Positions 27,344 through 32,000 of a stretch of 32,000 bases of DNA are shown here, piece after piece. Where the stretch lies: positions 1-32,000 of the forward strand of contig JAEOSH010000005.1 of NCBI GenBank assembly GCA_016840465.1, read 5' to 3'. Both the position numbers and the translations under genes were made by a program. Within the stretch, counting starts at the first letter, position 1. Every line of letters starts with the position of its first letter. Source of the stretch: Candidatus Baldrarchaeum yapensis (GTDB lineage Archaea > Asgardarchaeota > Baldrarchaeia > Baldrarchaeales > Baldrarchaeaceae). The notes under the pieces were generated by a model. It was not told where the DNA came from and searched no databases. It saw nothing but the letters and a program-made list of their open reading frames with translations.

Positions 27344-28138
27344 TTAGCATAAAATCAGGGGAAGAAGTATCTGGATTGAGTTATAAACAGTGTGGAATGT
27401 TATTGGTCCAGCGAGGGTTCGGTTGCTTTTTTCGTAAAGTGTGCCGATAAGCAGTCCTATCACAAAAATTATCGGCATTGTGTAAGGCTCAAGATGTACA
27501 AGCGCGAATATTGCCGACGAAATCATAACTGCTTTAAGAAATCCGAGACGTAAAGTTAATGCTTGTTGCAAGAATCCCCTGAAAACCATTTCCTCCGAGA
27601 GCCCGATAGCTAACATCGAAATTGTTATTATTGTTGCGTCCAGCGGTGAGAAAGTTAATTCGGCTACGCCTATGTCTAAGTAGCGTGACACTATTGATAC
27701 CATCACAGAACAAATTGCACCCCCAGTCGCTCCGAAAAATGTATGCTTCACGGCATTTTTTGGGTCTGCAGGCACGATTTTCATCCACGCTTTTAACACA
27801 TGCCAGTTATCAAAATAAAAGTATATTGCCAATATCATTGCCAACTCAGAGCCTGCCATCAAAGAGAGCATTACGAGAAATACCTGCTTAGAAGGAATCT
27901 CGTAGCGTGCGAAGAGAGCATAAACGAAATATGATGGAAGTACAAGTAATACAGCTATTAGCAATATGCCGAGTGACATCAACAACGCCGCAATGGGCAC
28001 ACCAATTGCATGAGTGAACTTAAACGGCAAAAGTCGCATCCCACAATGTATACAATATTTTCCGGTAATTGGGGTGAGATTTCCACAATTTCTACAAGCT
28101 ATCCTTCTTTCGTATTGATGGATTCTATTCACGATCAT
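27344..28138 (-). CDS. Double-zinc-ribbon plus CPBP intramembrane metalloprotease
   Basis: CRNC...CIHC N-terminus; EEMVFRG, FALVH, ITFHTVYN. Confidence 0.9.
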   Translation of the reverse strand: MIVNRIHQYERRIACRNCGNLTPITGKYCIHCGMRLLPFKFTHAIGVPIAALLMSLGILLIAVLLVLPSYFVYALFARYEIPSKQVFLVMLSLMAGSELAMILAIYFYFDNWHVLKAWMKIVPADPKNAVKHTFFGATGGAICSVMVSIVSRYLDIGVAELTFSPLDATIITISMLAIGLSEEMVFRGFLQQALTLRLGFLKAVMISSAIFALVHLEPYTMPIIFVIGLLIGTLYEKSNRTLAGPITFHTVYNSIQILLPLILC

Positions 28139-28401
28139 CGGAGCCCCCGGTGATATTGTCGGGGAATATGACGATCAATTTTACTGCGCTTTGATCTCTT
28201 AATGAAGTGATGAGTGTTGCAATATTTAATATTTGATAACGTGTCGGCCGTCTGACTGTACAGCATAGTTTGTTATCGTTGTACTGTACTTCAAACGTCA
28301 TCTTTGCCACATCGGAGCATTTTTAATGAACACGATGACACTCTTTGCTAACTACAGATCAAGAGACATTGATGGACACTAAAGACTTGGATGGGTTTGC
28401 C

Positions 28402-28812
28402 ATGAAAAGGGTAGCTATTGTAGATGTCGACCGTTGTGTCGGATGCCAGATGTGTATGTTCGCATGCACACGTAGGCACGGCGTGGGAGGGTTGGCGAGA
28501 AGCGCTATACACGTGAGGTCGGCAGGGGGTTTTGAAAGGGGTTTCGTCGTCATAGTGTGCAGGGCATGTTCGGATCCCCCTTGTGCAAAAGTTTGCCCTA
28601 CAGGAGCATTGAGGCCACGAAAAGGGGGCGGAGTCGTTCTTGATGAAAGGAAATGCATAGGTTGTGGGCTCTGTGCTGAAGCTTGTCCTATTGGCGCCAT
28701 ATTTTGGGATGATGAGAGAAATAAACCAGTTGTTTGTAAGTATTGTGGCTCATGTGCCGAGCATTGCCCACATGGAGTTATAAAGCTTGAGGTTTTGGAG
28801 GGAGGAGAGTAG
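28402..28812 (+). CDS. 4x[4Fe-4S] ferredoxin-like subunit paired with AOR
   Basis: CVGCQMCMFAC, CRACSDPPCAKVCP, CIGCGLCAEACP, CKYCGSCAEHCP. Start ATG 28402. Confidence 0.93.
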   Translation: MKRVAIVDVDRCVGCQMCMFACTRRHGVGGLARSAIHVRSAGGFERGFVVIVCRACSDPPCAKVCPTGALRPRKGGGVVLDERKCIGCGLCAEACPIGAIFWDDERNKPVVCKYCGSCAEHCPHGVIKLEVLEGGE

Positions 28813-28813
28813 C

Positions 28814-30577
28814 ATGGTGGATAAGCTACTAAGTAGGGTTTTATACATCGATCTTTCAGAGAGGAAGTTCTGGGCTGAGGATCGGCGAGACCTCTTCGAG
28901 GAATACCTCGGGGGAACCGGTGTAGCTATCAATCTTTTGCGCGAGGAATGTCCAAGAGGCGCAGATCCGCTGGGACCCGATAATGTTATAATATTTGCTG
29001 TTGGACCGCTGACAGCAGTCTTTCCTATGGCATCGAAGACTGTCGCACTGTTCAAATCGCCACATACGGGAAATCTCGGTGAGAGTCACGCTGGTGGAAG
29101 AAGTGCTGCTGCAATAAGGTTAGCGGGTTATGGTGCGATTGTGATAAAGGGGCAGAGTGATATACCTGTATATGTTGCGATCCACGGCGACAAGGTGTAC
29201 TTCAGAAACGCTATGGCGCTCTGGGGGATGAGAAGCACCTATACGGTCGGAAGAATAATAAGAGAGAACGAACCGGGTGCCGGAATAAGGACTATAATGA
29301 GGATAGGAAGGGCAGGAGAAAATCTCGTAACCTACGCAACGGTGGTGACTGAAACATACCGTCACTTTGGGAGACTTGGATTGGGCGCTGTCTTCGGTAG
29401 TAAAAAGCTAAAAGCAATAGTTATTTCGGGGAAGCATTCCATTCCGGTTGCTGATTCAAAAATGTACAAAGAAGTTTATGAAGAGATCTATAAGGCCGCC
29501 GTCAAATCCCCAGCAATGAAGAAGTATCATGATATAGGAACGGCGGTAAACATATTGCCCCTTAACGAATTAGGTGCACTGCCAACGATGAATCTTAAAA
29601 AATCAAGATTTGAAAACGCTGAAAAGATAGCGGGCGAGGCGCTCGCCGAGTACTATCTAGGAAGAAGAGTGGCGTGCGCTCACTGCCCGGTTGCATGCAT
29701 TCATTTGGCTATACTCAGAGAGCCTTACGTCGATGAACCTTATTTCTACAAGACAACATGGGTGTCGTATGATTACGAGCCGTTATACGCCCTTGGCACG
29801 ATGCTTGGTGGCACCGACGTTTTCAAGATGCTCAAATTAATGGAGGAGGTGGAGATCCAAGGACTTGATGCAATGAGCACTGGAGTTGTACTGGCATGGG
29901 CCACCGAGGCTATGGAGCGCGGCATGATTTCAACGAAGGAGACTCTTGGTGTTGAGTTGAAATGGGGAGATTATGACAACTATATAAAGGCCGTCCGCTT
30001 GATAGTCGAGCAACCAAATGAGTTCTATAAGGCGTTAGCGAGAGGGGTCGAGTATGCAGCATCGAAGTATGGAGGCCTAGAGTTCGCACTTGCTTTTGGC
30101 GGCAATGAGATGCCGGGGTATCACACGGGGCTCGCATGTTACGTTGGATATCTAACCGGGGCGCGGCATAGTCACCTCGACTCGGCGGGCTATAGTCTGG
30201 ATCAGAAGATGCTCTCAATGGAAAAGAGGCTAAGTCCCGAGGAGATAGGGAAGAGACTCTTTGAAGAGGAAAGTTGGAGGCAGATACTCTCGAGCTTAGT
30301 GGTGTGCTTCTTTGCAAGGGGGATCTACAAACCCGATATTGTTATCAAATGTCTCAAAGTGATGGGATATGATTTCGACGAGAACAGATTAATGGCGTTG
30401 GGCCGGAAAATTCTTCGCCTCAAGCATAAATTCAAATCTGACGAAGGATTCGATCCGAAAAAACTAAGAATTCCGAAGAGGATCCTTGAAACTGAAAGTC
30501 CACATGGAGTGCTCAGCGAGCAGGATATAAGAACGGCAGTGAATGCTTATTTTGAGGAACTTTACAAGGAACAGTGA
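28814..30577 (+). CDS. aor: Tungsten-dependent aldehyde:ferredoxin oxidoreductase family protein
   Basis: KSPHTG...ESHAGG, GRLGLGAVFGSKKLKAI, CAHCPVAC, DYEPL, GLDAMSTG. Start ATG 28814 after GGAGGAG. The subfamily is not resolved. Confidence 0.93.
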   Translation: MVDKLLSRVLYIDLSERKFWAEDRRDLFEEYLGGTGVAINLLREECPRGADPLGPDNVIIFAVGPLTAVFPMASKTVALFKSPHTGNLGESHAGGRSAAAIRLAGYGAIVIKGQSDIPVYVAIHGDKVYFRNAMALWGMRSTYTVGRIIRENEPGAGIRTIMRIGRAGENLVTYATVVTETYRHFGRLGLGAVFGSKKLKAIVISGKHSIPVADSKMYKEVYEEIYKAAVKSPAMKKYHDIGTAVNILPLNELGALPTMNLKKSRFENAEKIAGEALAEYYLGRRVACAHCPVACIHLAILREPYVDEPYFYKTTWVSYDYEPLYALGTMLGGTDVFKMLKLMEEVEIQGLDAMSTGVVLAWATEAMERGMISTKETLGVELKWGDYDNYIKAVRLIVEQPNEFYKALARGVEYAASKYGGLEFALAFGGNEMPGYHTGLACYVGYLTGARHSHLDSAGYSLDQKMLSMEKRLSPEEIGKRLFEEESWRQILSSLVVCFFARGIYKPDIVIKCLKVMGYDFDENRLMALGRKILRLKHKFKSDEGFDPKKLRIPKRILETESPHGVLSEQDIRTAVNAYFEELYKEQ

Positions 30578-30595
30578 ATTTCCGTCAACATATTC

Positions 30596-31987
30596 TCACA
30601 CATAATCTTTTTTAGCACCCTCCTTTAGTGCATTCAACAATCTTAAGATCTTATTTACAACATCTATCGCATCTTTTCCTAATATTATCGTCATGGGCTC
30701 CTTTCCCCAATCCCCCCTGTGATATATAACGTCCGGAACCTGGCCCAACGCCTTTATCGCAACATCTGCTCCCCATATCGTGGATCTCCCTTCAATTTTC
30801 TTAACTTCAGGTGGTTCCTTGCTTCTGTCATAGAAAGAAACCTTCCAGCCTAACTCTTTGCAAACGTTAATGATTTCTTCTGAGTACTTTATGTTCATTG
30901 CTGCACGCACATTCGGGTCATACTTCATGGCTACGAGTACGTAATTTGCCACATGTCTCGAAGCTCCAAATGTGGGACATGCCGTCACCACAATTCTCTC
31001 GCCAGCTCTTACGATCCTGCCGGGTATACCGGCAACATCCATCGCACCCATGCAGTGTTCCACTGCCATCACAAGATTTGATCCCACCTCCGGTATTAAT
31101 TCGAAAAGACCATCGGCTCTTTCCAAGATCCTAATAGCCGCATCGATATTTTGTAGCACCAGTGCCCGTTCCGCCTCTCTATAAACGAATGCCATCGGAT
31201 CTACCGGACCTATGCCTCCTCCTACATCTAACCCGTATTTTATTGCAATTGTAACGATGTCTTTCGCTATCCTCACAGCCTTCGGTATCTCTCTTCCTTT
31301 TGCCAGTTCTGCAGCAATCGCTGCTGAAAAAACACAGCCCGTTCCATGGGTATTCTTCGTATCTATACGCTCACTCACATAATACCTAAATCTGCCATCG
31401 AAGTATAAAATATCGGTAACGACATTACCCCCTAAGTGACCTCCTTTTACAACAGCTGCTTTTGCACCCATGTCAACTATCGCTTTCGCTGCCTTCTCGG
31501 CATCCTCACTGCTCTTTATTCTCATCCCTGTTATTTTTTCGGCCTCAGGAACATTGGGCGTAACCACAGTAGCGATAGGAATCAGTCTTTTTACGAGTTT
31601 TTCAAAAGCTTCTTCCCTTATCAGCAGAGTACCACTCTTAGCACGAATGATGGGATCGACAACAAGTGGGATTTTCATAGCTTCAATGGCATCGGCAACT
31701 ACATCTATTATCTCGGAAGTGTACAGCATACCCGTCTTTGCCGCTTGAACGCTAAGATCGTTCAATATCGCATCTAACTGTTGTTTAACAATGTCCGGTG
31801 GAAGAGCATATACTTCGTGGACCCCCCTCGTATTCTGTGCGGTAATAGCAGTAATTACTGATGCGCCATAAACCCTTAACGCTGCAAACGTCTTTAGATC
31901 CGCTTGTATACCCGCGCCCCCGCTGGAGTCCGATCCAGCTATTGTGAGTGCGCAGGGAAACCTTTTTCCCTTCGAAATACTCACCAT
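30596..31987 (-). CDS. thiDN: Bifunctional HMP(-P) kinase / thiamine-phosphate synthase ThiD-ThiN
   Basis: [35 protein letters not shown]; C-terminal [25 protein letters not shown] (ThiN). Confidence 0.96.
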   Translation of the reverse strand: MVSISKGKRFPCALTIAGSDSSGGAGIQADLKTFAALRVYGASVITAITAQNTRGVHEVYALPPDIVKQQLDAILNDLSVQAAKTGMLYTSEIIDVVADAIEAMKIPLVVDPIIRAKSGTLLIREEAFEKLVKRLIPIATVVTPNVPEAEKITGMRIKSSEDAEKAAKAIVDMGAKAAVVKGGHLGGNVVTDILYFDGRFRYYVSERIDTKNTHGTGCVFSAAIAAELAKGREIPKAVRIAKDIVTIAIKYGLDVGGGIGPVDPMAFVYREAERALVLQNIDAAIRILERADGLFELIPEVGSNLVMAVEHCMGAMDVAGIPGRIVRAGERIVVTACPTFGASRHVANYVLVAMKYDPNVRAAMNIKYSEEIINVCKELGWKVSFYDRSKEPPEVKKIEGRSTIWGADVAIKALGQVPDVIYHRGDWGKEPMTIILGKDAIDVVNKILRLLNALKEGAKKDYV

Positions 31988-32000
31988 TTTATGATCACCT

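Overview
Archaeal chromosomal window, judged from A-type ATPase subunits, Mer, ThiDN, AOR, TATA/BRE promoters and GGAGGTG-type RBSs. It is probably an anaerobic TACK- or Asgard-type lineage, but the taxon cannot be fixed from sequence alone. Minus strand 1-8012: operon for a membrane-bound group 4 [NiFe]-hydrogenase (HycB-like, NuoL-like, NuoC-like, HdrB, large subunit, NuoH, NuoI/HycF, HyfE, NuoN/HyfF), running off the window start. The best lead is here. An hdrB with all 10 Cys sits inside the operon, and the NuoC-like subunit just upstream carries a ~78-aa C-terminal extension that looks like the HdrB-binding tail of HdrC. This suggests an ion-pumping hydrogenase with a physically attached disulfide-reductase module. 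Divergently transcribed is an ATP synthase operon limited to membrane/rotor subunits (I, a 2-TM protein, C, K), followed by a LysK-like hydrolase. The middle holds a candidate promoter-driven ~85-nt RNA, a 57-aa winged-helix protein missed by the ORF track, RPA, a CPBP protease, an HD protein, Lrp, and metV-metF-mer. The right part has a dolichol/phytol-kinase-like gene, a Cys-rich protein, a GNAT, a divergent PRPP synthetase and an RbgA-like GTPase. It also has a decayed IS110 recombinase preceded by a strongly structured candidate bridge RNA and joined to an enoyl-CoA hydratase pseudogene, then a Zn-ribbon CPBP protease, ferredoxin+AOR and thiDN. No CRISPR array, tRNA or rRNA was seen. All family calls come from motif recognition and recalled family sequences, not database searches.
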